Shown here one piece after another: positions 40,705 through 53,904 of a DNA stretch of 64,000 nt. Each line of letters opens with the position of its first letter. The stretch's first letter is position 1. The stretch is taken from assembly GCF_037042905.1 (NCBI RefSeq), contig NC_087252.1, forward strand, positions 16,556,001 to 16,620,000, given 5' to 3'. The translations under genes were made by a program, and so were the position numbers. This DNA comes from Lytechinus pictus. Lineage: Eukaryota. The notes under the pieces were generated by a model. That model was not told the DNA's origin. It made no database searches and saw only the letters and a program-made list of their open reading frames with translations.

Positions 40705-41717
40705 TTAAGTCTCCTGTTGAGAGTGAACATAAGATACAGGGTATGAATAAACCAAGTGAGTTTCCGCAATTATCACCATGCTTACAAAATTCTTTCCATT
40801 CCCATAATGCAAATTTAAAATCTTGTAAATTTCGAATAAGCCCGAAAAACAGTCAATTTGAATAAAGAGTGGGCATAAATCCTGTTAATCAGGGTCTTAC
40901 GTAAAACCATCTTCCCTCATTTCCCAAGTCCAGTTGACAAGATTTATTCTACACTCTAATCAAATTTCAATTAATTTCTGAAGCCAAACATAACCGACTG
41001 AATAGCGCCAATAATCTTATTGAAGCGTTTTTGGACTAGGAATAAAAAGAACCCCAACATTTTGCAATATCATGAATATCTAATATCTAATATTAATTTT
41101 GACACGTGCAAAGCACCACAATAACATTTTCCCGCGTAATCCTCTTATTCCTCAGATCAGGGCACCCGTAACACAAAGGTTAGCGATTAGTTTGCTAATT
41201 TGAAAGAACAATTCTGATTGGTTCCCAGTAAGTCTACGGAGCAAAATGATCATGCAAGACGGTCTTGACAGGCCATTTAATTTAGCGACCCATTTAGGGA
41301 CCCAGATGCCTTTTATGCTTCCACTGCAGCTGTCAAGATTGTTAAGAATGTAGAAAAAGACAATGCCAATAATCTATTAGCTTATCAAAATGGTACCTGG
41401 CATTTGCTCCGGCGTCAATGGCTCCGATGGAAAATCTGCATGAACTTAACCTCCAAAACTAAATAAATCCTTATTATAATCTTTATACATTATTCTTAAA
41501 CAAAACTTCTATTACAATCCTAAATGTAACCCTATGCCCTCTGAGATATTAAGACCAGATCAAATGTCGCAGGAGCAAATGTCAAACTACAATTATGTAA
41601 ACTTGTAAAGGAAATGACTGTCCCTTCTGACGGAAATGGACTACTTTTAGCTACGAATCAATTGAAAATGATCTTAGTTATCATATAGTTCTGATATATA
41701 TTACCTTCTCAATACAC

Positions 41718-42060
41718 GGAAGAGCTGTGTGGTTTTGACTCTATCCTTGAAAACAGAGGGTCGTGTGTTTGAAACCCACCGCGGTCTAGTGTCCTTTGGC
41801 AAGGCGTTAATCCACACTTTGCCACTCTCGACCCTGGTGCTAAATGGGTACCCGGTAGGATATGCGAAAGGAAAGCCTATGTAGTATTGGAAGTCTTGGA
41901 AGTCTTCCTGGAATGCTCCCCAGGGAGTGGAGAAGGTGCATACATTGTATGTAGGCATGTCAGGATCCGATGACTGGGGTAGTAATATGCTGTAAAGCGC
42001 TTTGGGCCATTATGGGAAAAGCGCTATATCAAAAAGAGCTATTAATATCATTATTATTAC
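41718..42060 (+). mobile_element. tRNA-derived SINE
   Basis: GTTTGAAACCC B-box-like, GTGTCCTTTGGCAAGGC, CACTCTCGACCCTGGTGCTAAATGGGTACC core, 3' GTAAAGCGCTTTG...AAAGCGCTATAT...TTATTA tail. Confidence 0.8.
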
Positions 42061-44281
42061 ATGACAATCTCCTGGCTTTCTCCCACATACTTCACCATTT
42101 CCTTCTTCTTTTCCATCTTTATCACCCGTCTCCCTTATCCATTTATATTATTCACTCTCTTTCTATTTATCTATACTTGTGCTGTAAATGGACGGGTGAA
42201 TTTTTTTGTTTTCTCCCAGACTTGTTTCCCTTTGGGTCATTATCATTGGGTATGCATTCTTGCCAACAAGACGAGCTCACAGCCTTGGCCTTCAGGGTCT
42301 GGTTAACATGTTTAAGTTCATTCAAAATCATTTTCATTCTTTCTGTAGGGTTAGGTACTTTGAATTCTTAATTAATGAATGGTAAACAGGTGATGGAAGA
42401 TGATTACATTCCTCAAATAGGAGTATATTGGGTGCCATAGTGAGATTTGTTTGATGATGAAACTTACTGGACCCAGGTTGTATCCCTGAAATACTCCATT
42501 GTAAAACCCAAACCACAGAAAGCTACGTACGTACATCAGGTTCATGCAGACGTGTTGAAAATGGGGGTTGGGGTTACTGCTTTAACATGAACTATTTGTT
42601 TTGTTTGGTTGCTAGATCATCTCAGCTGTCGATATATCGTCCGATATACCGATACATAATGCTGAAAGAAATAGTTTCTTTCATCCGAAATGGGGGCGGG
42701 ATTGTTCATAACATTATCCGAATTCACTGTTTTTTTAAGATCACCTCAGTAATCGATATATCGTAAAAATTACCGATGGATATGCCTGACCTCGCTATAT
42801 TAATAAACTATTCGTCGAATCCCGTGCATGTGTTTTTGGTGCGAGCATCGCCAAAACTTCACTCGGAAAAAAATGGAAATTATTATCCAAACAACAATGA
42901 ATAAAATGACCGGCAACTTGTAGCTAAAGTGTATAACTATTTACCCATTAAAAATGAATACACACAAAAAATATATATAATAGAATTAATAAATAAACAA
43001 ACAAGGTATTCTACATAGATGTGCTTTCCTCGGAAGTGACCATATGGACATCTTTATTATTAGACATCCAGCGTTTCGGATATAATTTTCTCTCAAATTT
43101 TAATACCATTGGCGTGTATTCTGAACTCGGGATTAATTCAAACTTTGGTCTGGCGTTATGGTTTAACTATTGACAGCCAATTGTGACACTTTTTTTCTCC
43201 AACATTACTGTCCGGAAATTATGACTGAAGTATGTTTCTTTAAAATAAAAAGAAGAGGAAAGAATACAATAAAATTATGTAATATACAATGTAAACCAAC
43301 TCGGCCTCCCATAATTTTAGCACAGAGTTAGGCCATAGTCTAAGTTTAACTTGATTTCAAAATACGGGTCATTGTCTGCTAGCATTCCTACTAGTCTAAA
43401 TGAACGCTACCAATTCACTCTCACGACTTGTGTTCATGATAAGACCGCGATCTGAAAAAGGAAGGATTAACTCGATTCATTAACGTGTGAAAAACAAAAG
43501 CTGACGTTTCAATTTGAATGTGCTTAGGTGAGGTAACGGATGCAAGATCCGTGACGCGGCAACGTTACTCCGTCGTTAAGAGAGAATGTCATGTTAATAT
43601 ATGCCCTCATGCTTACTTAGTACACAATGAGGGCTTTGGGTCGCTATGTCTACATCAGCATTAGATATGAACGGGACATCCTTTATACCATGACTAAAGC
43701 TATACTGAAAACCTGTAATTTCTTTTAAAAATGTGATTATACAAATAATCTTTTCTGTTTTTGAAAAAGGGAACTATTATGTTATTGAACAAATAAGATA
43801 CGACAATGCTTTGAACTACATATTATTCATTATTGAAAATAGAACCAAAACTTTTGTTTTCTTTAATTGGTGCTTGTTTCATTAACGTTGAAAAATGGGT
43901 TGTGATAGTTAATTGACACGAGTTAAATTTGATGATAGGAATACAAAATACATATTGCTGGTGAGTACATCAATTCGGGGAGAAATACTCTTATTCTAGG
44001 AAAGATTTGAAAATATCAAGGTAATTTTATGGTAGTTTATCAATGACAACGAAATCAGGATAATTTAAATGTGAGACGGGATAGACAATGAATGATATAA
44101 ATAAAAATGCAAAGAAAGAGAGGAGAGAGAGCAAGAGTCATGGGGAGAAGGAAAGACAGGGAGAGACAGAGAGAGAGAGAGAGGGGGGGGGGGCGGAGGG
44201 AGAGAGCGCAGTAAAAATAGAAGGTGGATAGGTAGATAAGGTAAAGATAGATACAGAGAGGTAGAAGGGGAAGGGGAGGGG

Positions 44282-44316
<35 letters not shown>

Positions 44317-44820
44317 GGAAGATCGGTGTTAAGGAGGTTTTTATAAGGTACCATCAACCTCATGCTCGAAGATCTATCCGATAGCCGGGGTGTAGCCTTC
44401 GGTAGTTAATAATTATTATTCACCATATCGGGATCTAATTTCCTCCCTGCCTGGGGTAAATCGATATACACACACTACTTCACGTGCCTGTCACCTGTCA
44501 CCATGGCAACACGGTCAAATGCTATGGAATGATTGGCTCGTTTAAATTCTGGTTTCGTAGTAGTTTATTTTTGAATCACATGTGTCATCATTCATCAAAG
44601 AAAGCCAAAGAAATGTTTGACAAGAAGTAATTTTATCACTGACACCAGCGTTTTAATTTTATTCTGATTTGTTAAGTTATGCTAATACCTTATTTCGCTT
44701 TTAAAGTGCATATGACATCATTCATAAAATTGAAATGTTTAGGAATTTTAACCATATCACTTTCAAAATCGTTTTAAATTCATTCTAATTCGTGAAATGG
44801 GGACAATTCCTTATTCCAAA

Positions 44821-44994
44821 CACTTTAAAAAAGTTTACTCGATATTGGGTAAAATGGGAACATGCATGTTTGCTGGGTAAAAAGACACCAAATATTTTGT
44901 TTTGCCCAATATTGGAGGAAAGATTACCCAGCAAACATGCATCTTCCCTTTCTACCCAATATTGGGTAAATTTGTACTCTCTGTTTTTAGAGTG
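44821..44994. mobile_element. CACTA-like palindromic MITE
   Basis: CACTTTAAAAA...TTTTTAGAGTG; internal ATGCATGTTTGCTGGGTAA/TTACCCAGCAAACATGCAT. Confidence 0.8.
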
Positions 44995-45390
44995 CATTAA
45001 AACGTGTTATCATTAATAAAAGTGGAAATGTTAAAGAATTTTAACTGTATCACTTTGAAAATAGTTATCAATTTATTCTGATTTATCAAATGATGCTAAT
45101 CCGTCATTCAGCATTTTCCTATTTGAAGGCACAATGTTTTCAATTCCAATATGATCCAGTATATCCCTAATGTCGTACAAATCAAATAGTGGGAAATAGG
45201 AATCGTCGTTTCTCATTTGCAGCATTAGGATTTACTTTCTGCTCCAGTTTACACTGTATTCATGTTGACCTAATAATCAACTGGGCTTTCTTTTGTCTCT
45301 TCATTTTGTATGGTATTATATACATGACGGAAGGAGAATTAATCTTCATCTGGTGTTGGGATGGCAGAAGGGGGGGGGGGGTTCTTCAAA

Positions 45391-46925
45391 GCACCTAATA
45401 CTACGTAGATACATATATACATACATACTCAATACGTACTCAATGTGTGCTTTTGATTGATAGGAGAAACAGGTAATTTATTATTTTTATGGAATCTTAT
45501 TTGATATAAGGTTTTTTTTCTGCACTTCTACGAAGCACCTAATACTACGTAGATACTTACATACATACATGTACATACTGCAATGTGTGCTTTTGATTGA
45601 TAGGAGAAACAGGTAATTTATTATTTTTATGGAGTCTTATTTGATACAAGTTTTCTTTTTAATAATCTAAAAAGCACCTAATAATACGTAGATACATACA
45701 TACTCAATACGTACTCAATGTGTGATTTTGATTGGTGAGAGAAACGGGTAATTTATTATTTTTATGTAGTCTTATTTGATATAAGGTTGTTTTTTCTGTG
45801 GGTTCTACAAAGCACCTGATAGTACGTAGATACATACGTACTCAATACGTACTCAATGTGTGTTTTTAATTGATAGGAGATACAGGTAATTTATTATTTT
45901 TATGGAGTCTTATTTGATATAAGGTTTTTTGCTGCAGTCCTACAAAGCACCTAATACTACGTAGATACATACATACATACTCAATACGTACGCAATATGT
46001 GATTTTGATTGGTAGGAGATACAGGTATAGTTTATGATTTTTATGGAGTCTTATTTGATATAAGGTTTTTTGCTGCAGTTCTACAAACCACCTTATACTA
46101 CGTAGATACATACATACATACTCAATACGTACGCAATATGTGATTTTGATTGGTAGGAGATACAGGTATAGTTTATGATTTTTATGGTGTCTTATTTGAT
46201 ATAAGGTTTTTTGCTGCAGTTCTACAAAGCACCTGATACTACGTAGATACATACACACATACTCAATACGTACGCAATGTGTGATTTTGATTGGTAGGAG
46301 AAACAGGTATAGTTTATGATTTTTATGGAGTCTTATTTGATATAAGATTTTTTTCTGCAGTTCTACAAAGCACCTGATACTACGTAGATACATACACACA
46401 TACTCAATACGTACGCAATGTGTGATTTTGATTGGTAGGAGAAACAGGTATAGTTTATGATTTTTATGGAGTCTTATTTGATATAAGATTTTTTGCTGCA
46501 GTTCTACAAAGCACCTGATACTACGTAGATACATACACACATACTCAATACGTACGCAATGTGTGATTTTGATTGGTAGGAGAAACAGGTATAGTTTATG
46601 ATTTTTATGGAGTCTTATTTGATATATTAAAGATTTTTTGCTGCAGTTCTACAAACCACCTGATACTACGTAGATACATACACACATACTCAATACGTAC
46701 GCAATATGTGATTTTGATTGGTAGGAGAAACAGGTAGTTTATGATTTTTATGGAGTCTTATTTGATATAAGGTTTTTTGCTGCAGTTCTTCAAAGCACCT
46801 TATACCACGTAGATACATACATACATACTCAATACGTACGCAATGTGTGATTTTGATTGGTAGGAGAAACAGGTAGTTTATGATTTTTATGGAGTCTTAT
46901 TTGATATAAGGTTTTGTTCTGCAAC
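45391..46925. repeat. 141-bp tandem satellite, ~11 copies
   Basis: GCACCTGATACTACGTAGATAC at 46229, 46370 and 46511 (period 141); the minus-strand ORF shows a 47-aa period. Confidence 0.97.
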
Positions 46926-48449
46926 TGAGCTCCATTACCATGAAAAGCTCGTTTCTCTCACTCTCTATCTCTCTTCCTTGATTAAAAGGATGTTCGATTT
47001 ATGAACAGTTTTGGACTAAATCATATCCCTCGTGCTGCATTATGATTTTTTTGGGGTGCATTTGCGTTTAATAGGTAAAGTGAGACGTGGTTAACCCGAT
47101 TGTCAGTCCCTATAAAATGAATAAAAACAAGCAAACCTACCCGTTAATCACGAAGGGTGGTCAATATGCTACACAAATACATTTTTAAGGACATTTTGCG
47201 TGGAGGTAACAAGTACGGTTTCATTTATAGTTCCCTTATTTCCCTTAGAAATGAGTAAGGAACAAACTTCGGAATTTTTTTTGTTGTTGATATTATTTAT
47301 TCCAAAGTGGTCTCGAGACCCCTTCCGTCCCTTGCACGATTCCAGATAAAGTAAAACACCTGTATAGTTACCCAATATAAAGGGCGGATGTGGGGGGGGG
47401 GGGGGGCGGAGCCTTAACACAATCCCTTTAAGCCTCAAATCATCACTGCCAATATCTCATTTTCTTACCTTGGTCGTATAAGACAATATAATAACGTTAA
47501 TATTAGTTCCGGCTTGGAATTGAAATATATATAAGCCCCGGAATCAATTAAGGTGGTTTGGGTCTTTCAAGTTAGTAAGACAGCCAAGACTTGATTGAAG
47601 TGGATATTGGAGTAGATATTTCCAATGACAGTATTCAACCGGCTTTCATATCCAACGTACATACCTCAAGGCATACCGCCACGAAGGCGCGTTCACACTA
47701 GCATAAATCGAGGGAACGAAATAATTGTTATAAAGCCATGGTGTTTTATCAAAACTGACACCAGTTGGTGTCCCTAAGGTACCACGCCCTTAGGTGTTAA
47801 ATTGCACCTATGAGTTTAAACATAACACCAAAGCGTTTTAAAGTAACAAACAAAGGTGCTGTGATAACACACAATGGTGTTGATTTAGCACTGTAAATTT
47901 AACATTGGAGAAAAAAAAATGTGGTGTGATCCTTTATGCACACCGGCTAACATCATACACAGTGCACCTTTTCATGTAATGTAGAGAACGGAGCTGAACC
48001 ATTCCATATTAGAAACCAACAATTAATGTGAACACCCCGCTCTGATGATTTTCAGGAGGGCATATAGTAAGGATATACCACCGGATATGTTTGCTCACCC
48101 CTAATAAAAGGTGGCATATTATTTTTCATTGTCTGATGACGTAATACGTTGTCGTTTTTATCAAGATGAATTGAGAGTTTGTCACTGCCAGGACTACTTA
48201 GGGCTATGGATGGGAGATTTAATGAAAGTGGTTCAATGTATAATAAACATGCCGGAGAATATAGGCAATGATCACTGTCTATGTTCTAATATGAATGGTT
48301 ATGCACCATCATCATGATAATGATGGATATATCTCGGCCCAGCCTTTTACAAGAACGATACGATAGTTAGTATCGTATAGCATGCAATAAGATTCGAAGC
48401 TTGCGATTGGTGGAAAATGTAGTTGCAGAAATAATGGTATAGACTGTCG

Positions 48450-48857
48450 ATTTGTCTATTGCCAACACGTCCACGCAACACATGGTCTACCTTCATAGAG
48501 TCTAATGCCATTCCGTCCATCAACATTTCTTCTGACAGCCATTTTGTCCAACAACCATTTGATCGAGTCCAATATTCACTTCGTCTAATGATCGGTTCGT
48601 CTATGAACATTTCATCTCATAACCAGTTGGTCTAATACCCGTTTTCGTTTCATTCATTTCACCCAACTAACACTTAGTCCAATTAGTTGAAATGGATATG
48701 GACTAAATTGGACCAACAGGTTATTAGACGAAATGGTGAGTGGACGAAATATGGCACTTAGACCATGTGGATAGTGGACAAACTGTTGGTAGACCAAAAT
48801 GGTAGTAGACTAGTCGGTAATTGACGAAATGGCATTAGACTAATTGGAAATAAACCA
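48450..48857. mobile_element. Interspersed palindromic repeat (GTCTA/TAGAC-rich MITE-like)
   Basis: GTCTAATGCCATTCCGTC / GACGAAATGGCATTAGAC and CATGGTCTA / TAGACCATG inverted pairs. Confidence 0.65.
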
Positions 48858-49959
48858 CCACTACTAACCGTTGATATGGATATCTGCAAAGTGGGCTAGC
48901 TAGTTCCACCGGTAGTCTTGAACGAGGCTACCAAACGGGAAAAGGCAGTGCCAGAATGGAAAACGGCACAGGGCCAACATCTACTCAATAGAAAAATATT
49001 AGTTGATAAGGCCTACTTTACTGAAACTAGTAAAATTGAAAAAAAAAACAGAAAAATAATACATCGCTACGTATGGCATGGAGCTAAGGATACTGAGTTG
49101 AAAAAAAAACCCATCAAATTTACATCTAATCTATCTTTAAAAAAAAAATCACATTGGAATTTGCATTCAGTGTACTCCTGTACTGCTTAGATATTTTCCC
49201 CAAAGAATAAGCAGACTTTCATTTCGTTCAATTTGGCGCTGATCATGAACTTAACATCGGTAATAATATTCACATTGGTCGAGCCTAAGGTCGTATGGTT
49301 CATAAATAGATATTCAGAGAAATGTGTTGATTTGGTTGTGATGTAAAATAGGCGGGGGGGGGGGGCGGAATGGAAGCGAATGAGGGTGAAAGATGGGGGG
49401 GGGGGTGCTCTAATCACCCTCATGTATTTCAATAGGATGTCCCTCGATGTCCGACAATAATGGCAGTGGTGGTTTTGATGATTTTCCTACTGGAAAGAAC
49501 ACATTGTACGGCAATGGGTACCACAGTGTGTTCACAGTGTGGACACAATGTGAAATCAGTCATGTTCACATAGTTGACCATGTGAACACGCTGTGAACAT
49601 TCACACTACACACTATCAAGGTGTCCAATTTAAGCAGTTTAATAGTGTTAATAATATATGCACATAGTCAAGTATGTGAGCACACTGTAACCACACTGTT
49701 TTAAATGGGTACCGGCAGGAAGTAATTCCTCAAAAGTTGTGCGCAGCAAAATCGGTAGACTAGCTTAGCCAGGGTAATATAGGAGCGCCTTGAGCACCTA
49801 GCAAGGTGGATACGTGCGCTACACAAGTCCTATATTATTATTATTATTATGATTATTACTATTATTATTATTTAAACTGTCTTGTTTCAAGCAGGGTTAT
49901 TTGAATATTTATTTTGCATATGATGAGAACACTGGCGATATTGAAGAAGATAACGGTGA

Positions 49960-50442
49960 TATTTATGATGATGATGGCGATGTCCTTGAAGTTGCTGGTG
50001 GTGGTGCTGCTGCTGATATTTGATGGTGTTCTATGAAGATGATGATATGTGATGGTTATGATTTAAGATGATTATGATGGTGGTGATGATGATGTTGTTG
50101 TTGTTGATGATGATGATGATGATGATAACATGAATAATGATGACGTTGGTAATAATGATGATGATGGTGATAACATGAATAATGATGTTGGCAATAATGA
50201 TGATGATAATAATTATGATGATGAGGATGATAATAATTATGTAATGATGATGATAACATGGATAATGATGATGTTGATAGTGATGAAGATGTTGATGATA
50301 GTGATGATGACGATAATGACGGTGCTGAGGAGGATGATGATTTTCATGATGACGGCGATGCTGCTCCTGCTACTGCTGATGATCTTGCTGATTATGGTAA
50401 TGAAAATGACGATAACGATGAAGTTGAAGATGATGACAATAA
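49960..50442. repeat. (GAT)n-rich tract
   Basis: Directly visible; explains the poly-D/M/H ORFs. Confidence 0.95.
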
Positions 50443-50466
50443 TCTTCCTTATTCATTTCTGATCAG

Positions 50467-50613
50467 TTCAACTGCAGGAATACCAGGTGCAGCTCCATGA
50501 TAATCACGTGATGAGAGGAAACACTGCTGTGTTCAAATGCAACGTACCTCGCTTCGTAAAAGACTATGTGAACGTGACTGCCTGGACGAGGGAGTCTAGT
50601 CTTCTACAATCAG
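50467..50613 (+). CDS. Dscam: Dscam exon 3: Ig2 N-terminal half
   Basis: ttcatttctgatcag| acceptor, CAG|gtaagg donor, 147 nt, phase 1-1. (V)QLQEYQVQLHDNHVMRGNTAVFKCNVPRFVKDYVNVTAWTRESSLLQS carries the diagnostic Dscam Ig2 motif (M/I)RGN.AV.KC.(I/V)P.FV.D(F/Y)V.V..W. Confidence 0.95.
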
Positions 50614-53600
50614 GTAAGGTTATAGTACCATGGAATAATATGCACTATCCCTTACGATCGTGTAAGGTTATAGTAGGTCTTTTTAGCCATCACTTTGCAG
50701 ACGCTTTTTATAACGCAGATAATATTTTGTCAAAGCCCTTCAATGACAAAGCAGCAGTGTCGTCCTGAGCTCTGGACAATTGCATTTTTTTAATCCGGTC
50801 GGCATATTAAGACGATGTGCTGTTCCGGTTCACCAACTTTCGACAATTACCACTAATCTGTCCATTGTGATTTGACGGGCATTTTCAATAGATTCTCAAC
50901 GTTGCAGAAAGCGACTGCGAAGTGGATGCTAAAATACGCTATCACTTTGGGATAACACTCAATCTCAACTCATAACCAATATCACTCACAATCTCATAAT
51001 TAAAAAAATATCACTCACAATCATGAAAGCTTATAGACACTTGTTTAAAAAGGAAGAATGCTTAATTAAAATAAAATTCGGCAAATCAGTACATGTTAAA
51101 ATGTCTACCTGGTCTTATTGCCATTTCACTTTAACTAGGGGTGTTTAAAGTGAATTTCAAGGGCGATTCGATTAAGGAAGTGGGGGTTTATTTCAGAAAG
51201 TCCAAAAGATCCGCTTCTGATTGACTGAAAATCAAGCCAGTTTGATCGCTGTAGTTGCATTTGATTGACCTTCTTTTGAATTGGGTCCCTTGTTATAAGG
51301 TCGGATGGACAGTAGACAAACTAGATGACGACAAGATTGAGGATGGATTTCTCAGTATACTTGGTTGAACTGGTTTCCCTGAAACCCGTTTAGGAAACCA
51401 ATTAAGAAGATCGCTTCACTTGTGTCTTCATCACCACTCGAGAAGAACTTCAATAAAATGGCCTTGTTTTTGAGGGAACGCTCTCAGTGGAGTAGCATAT
51501 TTCGCGCCAAATTTCAAACCGCGGCATAGGCATTCTACACACAGTAGCGCGCCAAACATGCCCACACTCTCGTACTTCCGTGCGAAGATCGCTTCCCGAA
51601 GGACTGCTGTGTCCTCACCTACGCTTAAACCAGTTTCACGAGTAAGGCAAAGCGGTCTTCAAAACTGGTTTGGAAAACCACATCGGGAGGGTGAATTGGT
51701 TAAACTTCAAAGCTCAAGAGCAAAAAAAAACAAGCACATGAACCCATGTTATTTTTTTGCATGTTTGAAATATTCAGGTGCTAAAGTAACTCTGTGCGAA
51801 TTTGGTGAAAATGACATGGATTTCATTTTTTACGTTTAACGTCCTTAAGATCGCTTTCAGTCTCGCTTCGAGCGTCCTCCTCATTAACTGGTTTCCAACT
51901 AGTTTAAGGACGTAGATGAGATCGGAGTCATAATGTTAATGTAAGACCAAGTGGTTTAAGATCAATGGAGGGTGTTCTGCGCCATGATTGCGATGATATA
52001 CGCATTGATGCCATGGATGTCGTATAACAGGAAAACACAATTTTACAGGATGTAAATGCAAACGAACAATACTATGGTGGTTTACGTATTGTGAAATGAA
52101 TACAACGATGCCACAAAAACAGAATATCAGTTCAATCAAAATATATATATATACCATGTATACATATTTCCCATGAAGAAATTAGCATTTTTTTTACAAT
52201 GAAATATTTATACGATTTCCATTTTTTTTAATGTACATCTTCTGCAGTAAAACACTTGGCACTCATTGTTTTTTTTTATTTATCGTCTGTGTATTTCATG
52301 TCTTGTCATATTGCTAATTTTGATTATATCACTACCATGATGTTAAACAGCTGTTGCTGATCATGTTCCTGCTTTTGTGATTTAAAATCAATAGATAAAT
52401 GAATGAATGAATTAATAAATGAATAATTTACTACTACTTTACTATTGGTTTCTCTTTTTATTTGATTTGTTTGGCATGATGTTACCATCGTGATATGATG
52501 AAAAGTGGCCAAAATTATGTTCTCACTTAGTAAAAATACAAAATAAACAACAAAATCAATAACAAAAACACAAACGTGTCGTTGGTGGGGAACAAAAATA
52601 AGGATGCTCCCGAATCCTGACACTACAGAATCACGAATTCCATATATCATGTGTATATAGATATCAATTTGTACCAGTTAATGAGAATGAATTATATACT
52701 GAACGATTATAAATACCGGGTTATCTAGCAATTAAATCAGATAGATGCATGTCATTATTTCGTCACTAGTCGATATAATTACATCACTGATGCCAGCATT
52801 CATCAGTGATGCCAGCGTTCTATTATTTCCAGCAATAAACTGGCAATTAACGGTTGTTTGCTGGGACGAGGGAATATCGATATCCTTGGAATTTAACAAA
52901 ATTATGCCTTTGTTGGAAAGATAATTATCTTTCATGGAATTGGCGTGATTTGATTGAGGGAGCCATGTAAAATAGAGCCAGCGGTTTTAGAAAATGATCA
53001 CCACACAAGAAAAATTCGATGTTATAATGTATCAGGTATTATAAGGATATAGAATAGATGATACATGATTTTGAACTTTGAATTAAATATATATTGCCGT
53101 TATTTTTTAATATTTCATCACATGACAAACGCAAAAATCGGTAAATTCTAACCAAATAATACTTGACAGTGCTGCTTGCTAAATGAAGAACCGTTTCTTT
53201 ATCATACTTTTATTATGTAATCCTATGTGTCTGCCTTCGCCTGTTTGGTTGTCTCTTTTTGTTAGACCGAGCATGCCCCATATTGCAGCTCTTGTGATCT
53301 ATATGTAACAATGGTTAATGAAGACGATCATATTATGTTAGGGGTTAATCCCCCCTCTCTCCCTCCCTCTATATATCTATCTAGTGCAGTAAACCATTAT
53401 GTTGCCATTTGTAAGGTACATGTATGTGACCAGGCTATACTAGGGAATTTGGGTTCCGCGACGAGCGGAGGTTTCAAGAACACAGTAAATGTATTGAACA
53501 TGCCCGTCAAATGACAATAAAGAGCTGTATTCGATGGTCGCAAATCAGTTTCTTTTGAACTATTGCAGTCGTTTACGTGGTTCGATTCTGCTTAGCATGA

Positions 53601-53904
53601 AAAAAAAATTGACAAGCATAAAAAAGGGTCTTCACTTTTAAAAGGAGAAAGGGGGCACACTTCTGTGTTAACGGCATTTTTGCATTACAAATTTTAATTG
53701 TGCCTCTCAAGGGGGGGGGGGGCGGCACGAGCCGACTGTGCCCCCCTGCATGGATCCGCCAGTGGTCCAGAGTCACTGACGAAACTGCTGTTTTGATTAA
53801 CCATTTTCGACAAAGCCTTGGTTGCTCTTTGTCAAGAAGGGCATTAAACAATACAGTTTCTGTGTTCTTGAAAGTGTTCTGCGTCGTGATGCGAAACCAC
53901 TCTA

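Noticed and set aside
45866..46540. 224-aa ORF with 47-aa repeats
   Set aside because: Read-through of the 141-bp satellite; neighbouring units carry frameshifting indels.
50130..50500. Asp-rich ORFs as a possible extension of exon 3
   Set aside because: (GAT)n tract; the exon frame has TGA at 50460-50462 and the Asp frame is not the exon frame.
51345..51922. AACTGGTTT/AAACCAGTT-rich segment as a defined transposon
   Set aside because: Looks repeat-derived, but I could not fix matching termini or a TSD.
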